Sequence record: SRR31156797_9235
DNA: 44,677 nt
Strand: one strand, 5' to 3'
Shown: positions 20,828 to 30,909 of the stretch, piece after piece
Position numbering within the stretch: position 1 is the first letter of the stretch
Layout of the letters: each line of letters begins with the position of its first letter
Notes under the pieces: model-generated
Database searches by the model: none
Seen by the model: only the letters and a program-made list of their open reading frames with translations
Told to the model about the DNA's origin: nothing
Made by a program: the position numbers and the translations under genes

Positions 20828-20888
20828 TCATCCTGAATGCAGTGAAGGATCTGAACCTTTCAGCCCCTTCGCAATGCTCAGAGTGACA
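20827..20888. repeat. REP-like palindromic repeat, copy 2
   Basis: GTCATCCTGAATGCAGTGAAGGATCTGA...TCAG..CTTCGCAATGCTCAGAGTGACA. Confidence 0.8.
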
Positions 20889-20921
20889 ATTTGCACCCGT
20901 AAAAAATTACGAGGGTAAGTA

Positions 20922-22466
20922 ATGAAAGTTATGCCAAAATCCGCACTTATCAGTGTTTCTGATAAAAACGGTATTGTCGAATTCGCAAAAGGTCTCAGTG
21001 AACAGGGTGTCAAAATTATCTCTACTGGCGGTACAGCCAAGCTTCTCGCTGAGAGCGGTATAGAGATCGTAGAAATCGGTGAGTTTACAGGTTTTCCTGA
21101 GATGCTCGACGGAAGAGTAAAGACTCTCCACCCGAAAGTACACGGCGGTATCCTTAACGTTCGTGACAACGACAAGCATCAGGCGACAATGAAAGAGCAC
21201 GGGCTCGAAGATATCGATATGGTTGTTGTAAACCTCTACCCATTCGAAGCAACTGTAGCGAAAGGCGCAGAGCACGAAGAGGTTGTTGAAAACATCGACA
21301 TCGGCGGTCCTTCTATGATCCGCTCCGCTGCTAAGAACCACAAGTTTGTAACTATCGTAGTAGATAACAACGACTTCGAAAGAGTTCTCGGCGAGATCAA
21401 AAATGGCGGTACTGAGCTTGATACACGTATCGACCTCGCTCGCAAAGCTTACTCACATACAGGAGTTTACGACTCTATCATCGCTGGATACTTCAATAAG
21501 AAGCTTGGCGTAAAATTCCCGGAAGAGATAGCTATACCTGCACGTAAGAAGCAGATGATGAGATACGGAGAGAACCCGCATCAGGATTCAGCTTTCTACG
21601 TTCAGCCACTGGTTAAAGAAGCTTCCGTTTCTACAGGTAAACAACTTCAGGGTAAAGAACTCTCATTCAATAACATAGTAGACATTCACGCTACGCTTGA
21701 GCTTGTGAAGGAATTCAAAAAGCCTGCTGTAGCTATCATAAAACACACTAACCCATGCGGTTGTGCTATCGGTGAAACTGTTGCAGAAGCTTACGATAAA
21801 GCACTCGCCTGTGACCCTGTATCCGCTTTCGGCGGTATCGTTGGTGTTAACCGTGAGGTTGATAAAGAGCTCGCTGATAAGCTGGCTAACATCTTCCTTG
21901 AGGTTGTACTCGCACCTTCTTTCAGCAAAGAAGCACTCGCTATCTTCGAGGCTAAGAAGAACCTTAGACTCATCGAACTTGGCGACATCACTGGCGGTCG
22001 TGACAACGAACTCGACGTTAAAAACGTAACTGGCGGTATCCTCCTTCAGGACAGAGACCTCCACGAGATCGAAGACATCAGAGAGCTTAAAGTCCCTACT
22101 GACAGAAAGCCTACTGACGCTGAATACGAGGCTATGGACTTCGCCTGGATAGTTGCTAAGCACGTTAAATCCAACGCTATCATCTACACTACAGAAGACA
22201 GAACAATCGGTGTTGGTGCTGGTCAGATGAGCCGTGTTGACTCATCTAAGATCGCAGCCAGCAAAGCTCAGGCTGACCTCAAAGGTACAGTTATGGCTTC
22301 CGACGCTTTCTTCCCTTTCAGAGACTCAGTTGATGAGGCGGCTGGGAGAGGAATTACTGCTATCATCTCCCCTGGTGGATCCATCAGAGATGAGGAAGTT
22401 ATCGCTGCTGCAAACGAGCACGGCATAGCTATGGTATTCACTGGCGTACGCCATTTCAAGCATTAG
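20922..22466 (+). CDS. purH: Bifunctional AICAR transformylase/IMP cyclohydrolase
   Basis: [40 protein letters not shown]. Confidence 0.98.
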   Translation: MKVMPKSALISVSDKNGIVEFAKGLSEQGVKIISTGGTAKLLAESGIEIVEIGEFTGFPEMLDGRVKTLHPKVHGGILNVRDNDKHQATMKEHGLEDIDMVVVNLYPFEATVAKGAEHEEVVENIDIGGPSMIRSAAKNHKFVTIVVDNNDFERVLGEIKNGGTELDTRIDLARKAYSHTGVYDSIIAGYFNKKLGVKFPEEIAIPARKKQMMRYGENPHQDSAFYVQPLVKEASVSTGKQLQGKELSFNNIVDIHATLELVKEFKKPAVAIIKHTNPCGCAIGETVAEAYDKALACDPVSAFGGIVGVNREVDKELADKLANIFLEVVLAPSFSKEALAIFEAKKNLRLIELGDITGGRDNELDVKNVTGGILLQDRDLHEIEDIRELKVPTDRKPTDAEYEAMDFAWIVAKHVKSNAIIYTTEDRTIGVGAGQMSRVDSSKIAASKAQADLKGTVMASDAFFPFRDSVDEAAGRGITAIISPGGSIRDEEVIAAANEHGIAMVFTGVRHFKH

Positions 22467-22539
22467 CATGCAGCTTAATTGGCATTATCGGAAAGTTACA
22501 CTTTCCTCAGATGCCTATGTATAACTGGAGTAATGAAAT

Positions 22540-23820
22540 ATGAAAATATTAGTTGTAGGCGGAGGCGGACGTGAACACGCCCTCTGCTGGAAGATAGCTC
22601 AGTCCCCACTCGTGGCAAAGATTTACGCCGCACCGGGTAACGGCGGAACTGATCTTGAAGATAAAACTGAAAATATTGATATAAATGCGACTGACATCGA
22701 AAAGCTCGTGGATTTCGCTAAGAAAGAGAAGATCGACCTCACTGTTGTGGGACCTGAAGATCCTCTCGCACTTGGCATCGTAAACGCATTCGAAGCTGAA
22801 GGTCTCAGAGCTTTCGGCCCTAACGCAGATGCGGCACAGCTTGAGGCGAGCAAAGCTTTCGCCAAAGAGATAATGATAGACGCTGACATCCCAACTGCGG
22901 CTTACGGTGAATTCACAGACCTCGAGTCTGCGAAGACGTACGTGAGCAAACAGGGAGCACCGATAGTTGTAAAAGCTGACGGACTTGCCGCTGGTAAAGG
23001 CGTTACGGTTGCTATGACTGTTGAAGAGGCTATGACAGCACTGGAAGAAATCTTCGTTGATAACGCTTTCGGTGAGGCTGGAAGCAAAGTTGTAATCGAG
23101 GAATTCCTCGACGGTGAAGAGGCATCATACCTCGCTTTCACTGACGGAAAAACTGTCCTCCCGATGGTTTCATCACAAGACCACAAGCCTGCTTACGATG
23201 GCGACAAAGGTCCTAACACTGGCGGAATGGGAGCTTACTCCCCTGCCCCTGTTGTTACGGACGAGCTCTTCCAGTATGCAACTGAGAAGATCGCTTACCC
23301 GCTCATCAAAACTATGGCTGACAAGGGAATCACATTCAAAGGTATCATCTACGCTGGGCTTATGGTGACTAAGAACGGTACAAAAGTTCTCGAGTTCAAC
23401 GCACGTTTCGGCGACCCTGAAACACAGCCTGTACTCTCAAGACTTAAGTCTGACATAGTCCCTGTCTTCCTCGCTTGTGTCGACCAGACACTTGACAAGG
23501 TTGAGATCGAGTGGGACGAGAACCCTACTGTATGCGTTGTTATGGCATCCGGCGGCTACCCTAAGTCATACGAAAAAGGTCACGCTATCGACGGCATAGC
23601 TGATGCTGACAAGCTCAACGGTGTAAAAGTTTTCCACGCTGGAACGACAACAGTAGACGGTAAAACAGTCAATACAGGCGGTCGTGTACTCGGCGTTACT
23701 GCTTGCGGAGACGGACTTGAAGATACAATCAAGCTTGCGTACGATGCGGTTAAGAAGATAAACTGGAAAGACGTACATTACAGAAACGATATCGGTGCGA
23801 AAGCACTTAACAGAGGATAA
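22540..23820 (+). CDS. purD: Phosphoribosylamine-glycine ligase
   Basis: GGGGREHAL, KADGLAAGKG, GPNTGGMGAY, EFNARFGDPE. Confidence 0.98.
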   Translation: MKILVVGGGGREHALCWKIAQSPLVAKIYAAPGNGGTDLEDKTENIDINATDIEKLVDFAKKEKIDLTVVGPEDPLALGIVNAFEAEGLRAFGPNADAAQLEASKAFAKEIMIDADIPTAAYGEFTDLESAKTYVSKQGAPIVVKADGLAAGKGVTVAMTVEEAMTALEEIFVDNAFGEAGSKVVIEEFLDGEEASYLAFTDGKTVLPMVSSQDHKPAYDGDKGPNTGGMGAYSPAPVVTDELFQYATEKIAYPLIKTMADKGITFKGIIYAGLMVTKNGTKVLEFNARFGDPETQPVLSRLKSDIVPVFLACVDQTLDKVEIEWDENPTVCVVMASGGYPKSYEKGHAIDGIADADKLNGVKVFHAGTTTVDGKTVNTGGRVLGVTACGDGLEDTIKLAYDAVKKINWKDVHYRNDIGAKALNRG

Positions 23821-23824
23821 TATT

Positions 23825-24319
23825 ATGGGAAAAGTTGGAATAATCATGGGAAGCAAGTCTGATTTTGAAATAGCTCAGTCTGCAATAGATGTCCTTAAAG
23901 AATTTGGAATTGAATACGAAGTTATCGTATCTAGCGCACACAGAACCCCTGAGCGCACAGGCGAATGGTCACGCACTGCTGATGAGCGTGGACTTTCATC
24001 CATCATCGCTCTCGCTGGTGCTGCCGCTCACCTCGCTGGTGTTATCGCTAGTGAGACTAACGTTCCTGTTATAGCTGTGCCTATTGATGCTACTAGCATG
24101 CAGGGTATGGACGCACTTTACGCTATGGTTCAGATGCCTGGCGGTATCCCTGTTGCGACTATGGCTATAGGTAAAGCTGGTGCTAAAAATGCTGGGATCT
24201 TCGCCGCTCAGATCATCGGACGCAGCGACAAGGCTATGTACGCTAAGCTTCTCGCTTATCGTGAGGCGATGAAAGAGAAGGTTTACAAAGATAATGAAAC
24301 TGTTCAGGGCATGATCTAA
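23825..24319 (+). CDS. purE: N5-CAIR mutase
   Basis: IIMGSKSD, SAHRTP, AAHLAG, VQMPGGIPVAT; ATG at 23825 after AGAGG. Confidence 0.96.
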   Translation: MGKVGIIMGSKSDFEIAQSAIDVLKEFGIEYEVIVSSAHRTPERTGEWSRTADERGLSSIIALAGAAAHLAGVIASETNVPVIAVPIDATSMQGMDALYAMVQMPGGIPVATMAIGKAGAKNAGIFAAQIIGRSDKAMYAKLLAYREAMKEKVYKDNETVQGMI

Positions 24320-24321
24320 TA

Positions 24322-24921
24322 ATGCTCATAGCGAAAGCTAATACACAGAATTCAATAGAAATATTTAAGCGGGCTTTGACGAAATCAGAGCCCGTTATTT
24401 TTTCTACCGACACAATCTACGGCATCGGCGCTCCCATATCTGATATCACTGCTAATGAAAAGATTTTTGACATCAAAGGGCGTGAGAAAGATAAGCCGTT
24501 TCCTGTTCTTATATCATCTATAGAACAACTGGAAGATATCGCTATAATTGATAATGAGATGCAGAGAAAGGTGATAAGAAAAGTCTGGCCCGGACCTGTG
24601 ACACTTATCCTAAAAGCTAAGACTGAACTTAATAACTTATTCACCATGAACGGTACCGTGGGCGTGCGTCTACCCGCTGAAAAATGGCTGAGAGAGCTTA
24701 TAGACCATACCGGAGCACTTAGTGCAACCAGCGCAAACCTATCCGGCGTGGCATACTTAAATGATGAAAATGTCATAATTAAGAATTTTTCTAATTTGGT
24801 TAATTTTTACATCTTTGGACAAACCTTGAGCATAGGTTCATCAGCGATAATCGACATATCACAAGACACTTATAAGATTTTAAGACATACAGAAAACACT
24901 CCGGACCTTAACAATCTTTAA
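24322..24921 (+). CDS. tsaC: L-threonylcarbamoyladenylate synthase (TsaC/YrdC, no Sua5 domain)
   Basis: TDTIYG, KGREKDKP, WPGPVT, TSANLSG. Confidence 0.85.
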   Translation: MLIAKANTQNSIEIFKRALTKSEPVIFSTDTIYGIGAPISDITANEKIFDIKGREKDKPFPVLISSIEQLEDIAIIDNEMQRKVIRKVWPGPVTLILKAKTELNNLFTMNGTVGVRLPAEKWLRELIDHTGALSATSANLSGVAYLNDENVIIKNFSNLVNFYIFGQTLSIGSSAIIDISQDTYKILRHTENTPDLNNL

Positions 24922-24942
24922 ACTTCTATATAAAATCTCTCA

Positions 24943-24971
24943 TTGACAGAGGATTTTACAAGGTTTAAAAT
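24943..24971 (+). promoter_or_regulatory. Sigma70 promoter of cytochrome gene
   Basis: TTGACA, 17-nt spacer, TAAAAT; AGGAG RBS before ATG 25002. Confidence 0.7.
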
Positions 24972-25001
24972 TACTGAAACTATTTGTTAGGAGTGTATAC
25001 T

Positions 25002-25367
25002 ATGAGAAAAATAGCTATCGCTATGCTCGTTGTTTTTTCTGTAGCTCTTGTAGCTGTAGCGGCTTCCGGTCCTGCATCTATCAACCTCGCAGAAAAATGG
25101 GGCCTTGATACAAAGAAAAAGCCAGTTGTTTTCCCACACGAAATGCATCAGTCGAAAAATGAATGTATTGAATGCCACGTCTCTGCTGACGGCGGCGCTC
25201 TTAAAAACCTTAAAAAAGGTGGCGAAATTGACCCTAAAGCTCTTGTAGCTGCAGGTAAAGTCAAGAAAGGCAAAACAAAGAACCCTATCCATGATGAGTT
25301 CTGCTGGTCATGCCATAAGAAAAAGAAAGTTAAAAAGGGTAAATCTTGTAACACCTGTCACAAGTAA
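25002..25367 (+). CDS. Periplasmic triheme cytochrome c (c3/c7, PpcA-like)
   Basis: Signal peptide, FPHEMH, CIECH, distal H, CWSCH, CNTCH; Lys-rich. Confidence 0.88.
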   Translation: MRKIAIAMLVVFSVALVAVAASGPASINLAEKWGLDTKKKPVVFPHEMHQSKNECIECHVSADGGALKNLKKGGEIDPKALVAAGKVKKGKTKNPIHDEFCWSCHKKKKVKKGKSCNTCHK

Positions 25368-25381
25368 GGCTCTGATAAGCT

Positions 25382-25418
25382 AAAAAAATAAACCCGTTCA
25401 AATGAGCGGGTTTTTTTT
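25382..25418. terminator. Bidirectional intrinsic terminator
   Basis: A-tract, AAACCCGTTCA-AA-TGAGCGGGTTT, T-tract, between convergent genes. Confidence 0.8.
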
Positions 25419-25427
25419 ATATCTATT

Positions 25428-25871
25428 TTATGATGTCTTCCTTTCACCGAAAGATGTTTTTGAAAGCTTATCCAGCTTCCGCTTATCAGCGTCACTCACA
25501 TCTATATACTCAATACCGCACCTGTTCTCTTTTGCCCATACAACCTTCGCTATGACTGGTTTATTAATAAACCCGTCATTAACAATACCGACCATAGAGC
25601 AGTTAATACAGTCAACTTTTTTCAGGTTATTCTTAGAGTTGAGCATAATAATCTTACCTTCGATAAGCCTGTCTGGATGGCTCATGCACATACCAGCCGC
25701 ACTCACGTCGTAAGTTCTTACAGAGAAACAGTCACCATAAGTAAAGGTCTTGTCACCTTTTTTATAGTTCCTCAAAATTGTCGCACAAAGCTTAACACTG
25801 TGCTCTCCACGAGGAAATCGTCTCTTAATGTGAGTCTTGATTCCAGATTTTTTTAACATTTTTTTAATCAT
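25428..25871 (-). CDS. PilZ-domain protein
   Basis: KRRFPR (RxxxR), DVSAAG (DxSxxG), KVVW...GIEY. Confidence 0.7.
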   Translation of the reverse strand: MIKKMLKKSGIKTHIKRRFPRGEHSVKLCATILRNYKKGDKTFTYGDCFSVRTYDVSAAGMCMSHPDRLIEGKIIMLNSKNNLKKVDCINCSMVGIVNDGFINKPVIAKVVWAKENRCGIEYIDVSDADKRKLDKLSKTSFGERKTS

Positions 25872-25916
25872 GTATGCAACCTATCTCGATAATTAATATG
25901 AGTCAAAAAGAGTTTA

Positions 25917-26381
25917 CTAAGCTTTCTTCAATAATTCAAGCTGAGCTTTCACAGCCGGTTCGTCAACCCACGACTGCGCCTTTTCAAGCCACTCCACAGC
26001 CCTTTCAACAATATCTTCCGGATCGTCTGCCTCATCAGCTTTGACGAGCTGCTTCATACCATTATCGATAAGATAATAAACAAGAAATCGAACCTGCTTA
26101 ACCTTGTCAATCTTGAGAGCTATACGAAATAGGAACATTATACCAATTACAAAAGGAACCCAAACCGACCACATAAATGGGAGATAGAGAAGATAAACTG
26201 TGGCGAGTATCACTGCGGCAAAAGTGAGAGCGACCATAAGCCCCGGAACTCCGACGTAAAATACTGGCTCTGTTTCACCTTTTTCATTTTTTCTAAACTT
26301 CTGCGATCTAAAAGCTGTCGTATTCTTGTACTTCTTCTCATAATACTTATGAGTTTCTTTAAATTCATCTAATATTTGCAT
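25917..26381 (-). CDS. Hypothetical membrane protein (2 TM)
   Basis: 154-aa ORF with two central hydrophobic helices. Confidence 0.65.
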   Translation of the reverse strand: MQILDEFKETHKYYEKKYKNTTAFRSQKFRKNEKGETEPVFYVGVPGLMVALTFAAVILATVYLLYLPFMWSVWVPFVIGIMFLFRIALKIDKVKQVRFLVYYLIDNGMKQLVKADEADDPEDIVERAVEWLEKAQSWVDEPAVKAQLELLKKA

Positions 26382-26509
26382 GTATTATTCCGATTAAAAT
26401 AGTGTATTTCACTGTAAATATTTTAAAGGTAATAGTACCTTTAAGCAGTGACTTTGATTATAAAATAGTATACTATATTTGTAAACATTTTAAGGTTCGG
26501 GGTTATAAA

Positions 26510-28531
26510 ATGAACATTAAGGTTAAACTGATTGCGTCTTACCTGTTGGTAACATTGTTTATTGTGATTTTATCGGCAACCTTCCTAATATCAAGTAAAA
26601 AGGTTACTGGTAATGTTAACGTTGTTATGAATGAAATGCTCCCAGACAGAGAGATCGCCAACGCTGTTAACGGGCAATTCAAAAACGTTGTTATTGCTCT
26701 AAAAAGTGCACGGGCAAGCAACGATCAGGCTGAAATAGCCAATTTCAAAAAAGCAACTGCTAAGAGCTTTACTATGATTGGTAAAGCATTAGACAGAAAA
26801 CCTGACGATCAGAAATTCGCTAATATTAAAAATATCAGCACTAAACTTCAAAAACTTTCTAACGACTTTTTAGATAAAAAGACTGACTTTATCAAAACAA
26901 ATGAAGAGATGCTTATTCTCTTCGATGATATGGACTCGCTCTTCCGTAAGCAGAAAGGCTACCTTTTCGTTAGTATAATGGCACTTGAAAAATTTGGTGA
27001 CAAATATAAAAACACTCTCAACTTCCTTCACAGGATGATGGAAGACCCGCTGGAGATCAAAGTATACATCTCTGAGATTATCGGAGCACAAGATGCTATT
27101 GATGCGGAGGACGGTGTTTTCACACTTGTCAACTATGCAGAGCACCTTTCTAACAAAACTAAAACCCTTCTTAATGGAGGCAAATATAAAGGACTCTCAG
27201 TTGTTAAGCTTAAAGATAAAGGCATCAGAGAGAAGATGGAGAAACTTCTTAATGTCACTGACGAGATGATAGCTTCATCTGCTAAGCTCCAAAACATCCG
27301 CCTGCAGACATTAGACATGGAGCTTAACCTTGCTAAGCAGATTGGCAACCTTGAAAAAGAGGTTTCTTTAACTGAGAAAGAGCTCAAAAAGCTAACGAAA
27401 GCAGCAAAAGCAAACATGTCAGAAGGTGTTGCCAGCATCCACTCAATCTCTAAAAAGGTTATGACTACAACTATCATCACTCTCATAGTTGTAATAATTC
27501 TCGCAGTAATAATCGGACTTTTCAGTGCCAGACAGATCACTAACCCACTTAGGAAAATCATCTTTGTCGCTGAAAATATTAAAAATGGTAACCTCACCTG
27601 TGGAGACCTGAAACACGACTCTAAAGATGAGTTCGGTGCTCTCACCAGCTCTATAAATAAAATGCAGATGGCACTTTGCGACCTTGTGACGAATATTACT
27701 TCGAGCACAGAGTACCTTAGCGCTACCAGCGACCAGTCTACTGAGCTTATGCATAAAATGCACGACAACCTTAACAACACTAATATGGAGATGGCAGCGG
27801 CGGCTTCTGCTGCTGAAGAGCTTTCATCTTCAACTGTAAATATTATAGAAAGTGTACAGGTTGGTATCACAGAGGTTCAGGCTGCTAAAGAGAAGGTTCT
27901 CGAGGGTAACTCAGGACTTCAAAACTCTATCGGTCAGGTCGGAAGTGTTGCTAAAAACCTCTCCGGTGTTGCAGACAGCCTTAACGAGCTCAAGACTGCA
28001 AGTCAGGAGATCACAAACATCGTAAGCATCATCGTAGATATCGCAGAGCAGACTAACCTCCTCGCACTCAACGCTGCTATCGAAGCGGCAAGAGCCGGTG
28101 AAGCTGGTAGAGGTTTCGCGGTAGTTGCTGATGAAGTAAGAAAACTTGCGGAAAAAACAGGAACTTCCACTCAGGAGATTTCCAGCATGGTCGGCTCCAT
28201 CCAGAACAATGTTCAGGGTGTTGTTGATGTTGTATATAGCGGTATCGAAGAGGTTGAAACAAGCTCAGAATCTATTACTGAGGTTGGACATAACTTCGAG
28301 TTAGTTGTTTCTCAGATGGAAGATGCGGCGAACGCTGTTGAGCCTATTCTGACCATCATTGAACAACAGAGTGAAGCTATTAATAACATTACTGCCACTG
28401 TTACAAACGTTAGTATCTCATCTGAGGACAATAAGCAGATAGTGGACGAAGTTAGCGCTTTCTCTGATAAACTCGCTGAACTTTCTCACGACTTGCAAAA
28501 TAAAGTGGAGCACTTTAAAACCAACGTATGA
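26510..28531 (+). CDS. Methyl-accepting chemotaxis protein
   Basis: Two TMs, large helical periplasmic domain, HAMP (DEFG), [37 protein letters not shown]; likely ATG at 26510. Confidence 0.95.
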   Translation: MNIKVKLIASYLLVTLFIVILSATFLISSKKVTGNVNVVMNEMLPDREIANAVNGQFKNVVIALKSARASNDQAEIANFKKATAKSFTMIGKALDRKPDDQKFANIKNISTKLQKLSNDFLDKKTDFIKTNEEMLILFDDMDSLFRKQKGYLFVSIMALEKFGDKYKNTLNFLHRMMEDPLEIKVYISEIIGAQDAIDAEDGVFTLVNYAEHLSNKTKTLLNGGKYKGLSVVKLKDKGIREKMEKLLNVTDEMIASSAKLQNIRLQTLDMELNLAKQIGNLEKEVSLTEKELKKLTKAAKANMSEGVASIHSISKKVMTTTIITLIVVIILAVIIGLFSARQITNPLRKIIFVAENIKNGNLTCGDLKHDSKDEFGALTSSINKMQMALCDLVTNITSSTEYLSATSDQSTELMHKMHDNLNNTNMEMAAAASAAEELSSSTVNIIESVQVGITEVQAAKEKVLEGNSGLQNSIGQVGSVAKNLSGVADSLNELKTASQEITNIVSIIVDIAEQTNLLALNAAIEAARAGEAGRGFAVVADEVRKLAEKTGTSTQEISSMVGSIQNNVQGVVDVVYSGIEEVETSSESITEVGHNFELVVSQMEDAANAVEPILTIIEQQSEAINNITATVTNVSISSEDNKQIVDEVSAFSDKLAELSHDLQNKVEHFKTNV

Positions 28532-29301
28532 CAGAGCCTATTTTAAAACTAGATAATATTGTTAAGACATATAGAGCCTTTGAAGGAATCTTCAAGGGCT
28601 CTTCTACTATTATAAACGCTGTTGATGACATCTCGCTTGAGATTCAGCAAGGGCGTTCACTCGGTGTCGTCGGTGAATCCGGCAGCGGAAAAACCACACT
28701 CGCCAAAATTGTTGCTGACATCATCAAACCTGACTCTGGAACAGTCTCCTTCCACGGAGCTAGCTTATCAGAGCTAGATGACTATAATAACTACCGCAAA
28801 AATGTACAGGTTGTTTTTCAGGATCCATACCTCAGCCTTAATCCGAAACTTACTATATTCTCCGCTATGAAAGATGCGCTCAAAATCCACGGATTCAAGG
28901 GTGATCTCAGAGAGAGATGCGGAGACTACTTAGAGCTTGTAGGGCTGGAACGTGAGCATCTCGACAGGTATCCTCACGAGTTTTCCGGCGGGCAGAGGCA
29001 ACGTGTATCAATAGCACGTGCGCTCTCCTTAGAGCCTGAATTAATCATCGCAGATGAACCTGTAAGCTCACTAGATGTCTCTGTTCAGGCGCAGATCCTT
29101 AACCTTATGAAGAAATTAAAACTTGAAAAGGGTGTCACTTTCATTCTAATATCTCATGACCTTGCTGTTGTGTCATATTTATGCGACGATATTGTTGTTA
29201 TGCACAACGGGCAGATGGTGGAATACGGTACAGTTGACACTGTTTTAAAAAATCCAGAAAAAGAATATACCAGAAAGCTTTTAGAAGCTTCCGGCGGGTG
29301 A
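28528..29301 (+). CDS. Oligo/dipeptide ABC ATP-binding subunit (OppF/DppF-like)
   Basis: [33 protein letters not shown]. Confidence 0.9.
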   Translation: MTEPILKLDNIVKTYRAFEGIFKGSSTIINAVDDISLEIQQGRSLGVVGESGSGKTTLAKIVADIIKPDSGTVSFHGASLSELDDYNNYRKNVQVVFQDPYLSLNPKLTIFSAMKDALKIHGFKGDLRERCGDYLELVGLEREHLDRYPHEFSGGQRQRVSIARALSLEPELIIADEPVSSLDVSVQAQILNLMKKLKLEKGVTFILISHDLAVVSYLCDDIVVMHNGQMVEYGTVDTVLKNPEKEYTRKLLEASGG

Positions 29302-29304
29302 TAT

Positions 29305-30744
29305 ATGCTTAAAGTTTTTAATACACTTACAAATCAGAAAGAAGAGTTCAAACCTATAAACGAAGGACAGGTAAAAATATATGTCTGCGGAGTCACTGTT
29401 TACGACTTCTGCCACATCGGACACGCAAGAAGCTCCGGAGTTTTTGACGTTATCAGACGCTATTTCAAATTCAAAGGGTATGACGTTACTTTCGTAAAAA
29501 ACTTCACTGACATAGACGACAAAATCATCAAAAGAAGTAACGAAAAATCTATAGACTGGCGTGACTTAACTGCACAGTTCATCGCTGAACATGATGCGGA
29601 TATGGACTCCCTTAACATACTGCGCCCCGACCAGACACCTAAGGCTACTGACTACATAGACCAGATGATAAAGATGTGTAAAACACTAATAGAGAAAGGT
29701 TTTGCCTATGAATCAGAAGGCGATATATATTATCGTGTTCAGAATTTTGATGAGTACGGAAAACTTTCACACAGAAAGCTTGATGATATGATGGCTGGCG
29801 CACGTATCGAGGTGAACGACAAGAAAGAGAACCCTTTCGACTTCGTTCTGTGGAAATCATCTAAGCCGGGTGAACCTAACTGGGAAAGCCCGTGGGGACC
29901 AGGCAGACCTGGGTGGCACATAGAATGTAGTGTTATGAGTGAAGATATTCTCGGGCTACCTTTCGATATTCACGGCGGTGGAAAAGACCTCGTCTTCCCG
30001 CACCACGAAAATGAAATTGCACAGTCAGAGGCTGCATGTGGATGCACATTCTCTAACTATTGGATACACAACGGGTTCGTAAATATAAACCAGGAAAAGA
30101 TGTCTAAGTCACTTGGAAACTTCTTTACCATCAGAGATGTACTTAAAGAATTTGACTCTGAGATTGTGCGGTTCTTCCTCATGACAACCCATTACAGAAG
30201 TGCGCTCGACTTCTCTCAGGATCACCTACTTGAAGCGGAGAAATCACTCGACCGCATATACACCATGCTCGACGAGCTGAACAGATTTAACGCCGGTAAG
30301 AAAGGTCTCGATGTTACTGAAGACGCTGAAAAGATGAAAGCTGTTTTCATGGAGAAATTCGAAAACGCTATGGATGACGATTTTAACACACCGGAAGCAC
30401 TCGCAAGCATGTTCGAGGTTATCCGTGAGACTAACAGAATTATCGGTTCCAAGCCTAATAAAATTGGCTTCCCTGCACTTAAACAAGCTGTAGAAGATGT
30501 GTTTAAAGTTATTCAGGATGTACTTGGAATAGTGAAATACACACCGGAAGAGTGGTTCAGGATAAACCTTTCGATATCAGAAGAGGAACTTCAGAAAAAA
30601 ATAGATGAACGTACGGCGGCTAAAAAAGAGAAGAATTTTGAACTCGCTGACAGCATAAGGATGGAACTCACCGAACAGGGTATTGACCTTCTCGACACTA
30701 TCGAGGGGACAATCTACAGAGCTAAGAAAATCAGAAACCTTTGA
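29305..30744 (+). CDS. cysS: Cysteine-tRNA ligase
   Basis: YVCGVTVYD, HIGH, GRPGWHIECS, KMSKS. Confidence 0.98.
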   Translation: MLKVFNTLTNQKEEFKPINEGQVKIYVCGVTVYDFCHIGHARSSGVFDVIRRYFKFKGYDVTFVKNFTDIDDKIIKRSNEKSIDWRDLTAQFIAEHDADMDSLNILRPDQTPKATDYIDQMIKMCKTLIEKGFAYESEGDIYYRVQNFDEYGKLSHRKLDDMMAGARIEVNDKKENPFDFVLWKSSKPGEPNWESPWGPGRPGWHIECSVMSEDILGLPFDIHGGGKDLVFPHHENEIAQSEAACGCTFSNYWIHNGFVNINQEKMSKSLGNFFTIRDVLKEFDSEIVRFFLMTTHYRSALDFSQDHLLEAEKSLDRIYTMLDELNRFNAGKKGLDVTEDAEKMKAVFMEKFENAMDDDFNTPEALASMFEVIRETNRIIGSKPNKIGFPALKQAVEDVFKVIQDVLGIVKYTPEEWFRINLSISEEELQKKIDERTAAKKEKNFELADSIRMELTEQGIDLLDTIEGTIYRAKKIRNL

Positions 30745-30755
30745 TATGATATAAG

Positions 30756-30783
30756 AAAAGGCAGGTGTTAAAACCTGCCCTTC
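30756..30783 (+). terminator. Hairpin after cysS
   Basis: AGGCAGGT-GTTAAA-ACCTGCC with a weak U-tract. Confidence 0.5.
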
Positions 30784-30811
30784 CTAAACCTTTAAAACCT
30801 ACAGGGGATAT

Positions 30812-30832
30812 ACAAAAAGAGCATCCGCTCTT
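30812..30832 (-). terminator. Probable terminator of HD-GYP gene
   Basis: Minus strand AAGAGC-GGAT-GCTCTT followed by TTTGT. Confidence 0.5.
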
Positions 30833-30909
30833 GAAGAAAGTCTTACTTATAATACTAAGATAATTTTAGCAGAAAATAGTTCAACTAGAAAAAGAAAAAA
30901 ATGTGACTT

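Noticed and set aside
20828-21341. Antisense ORFs over purH and the REP copy; similar shadow ORFs over rpoD, mutL and ileS
   Set aside because: Opposite-strand shadows of highly biased conserved genes; no independent signals
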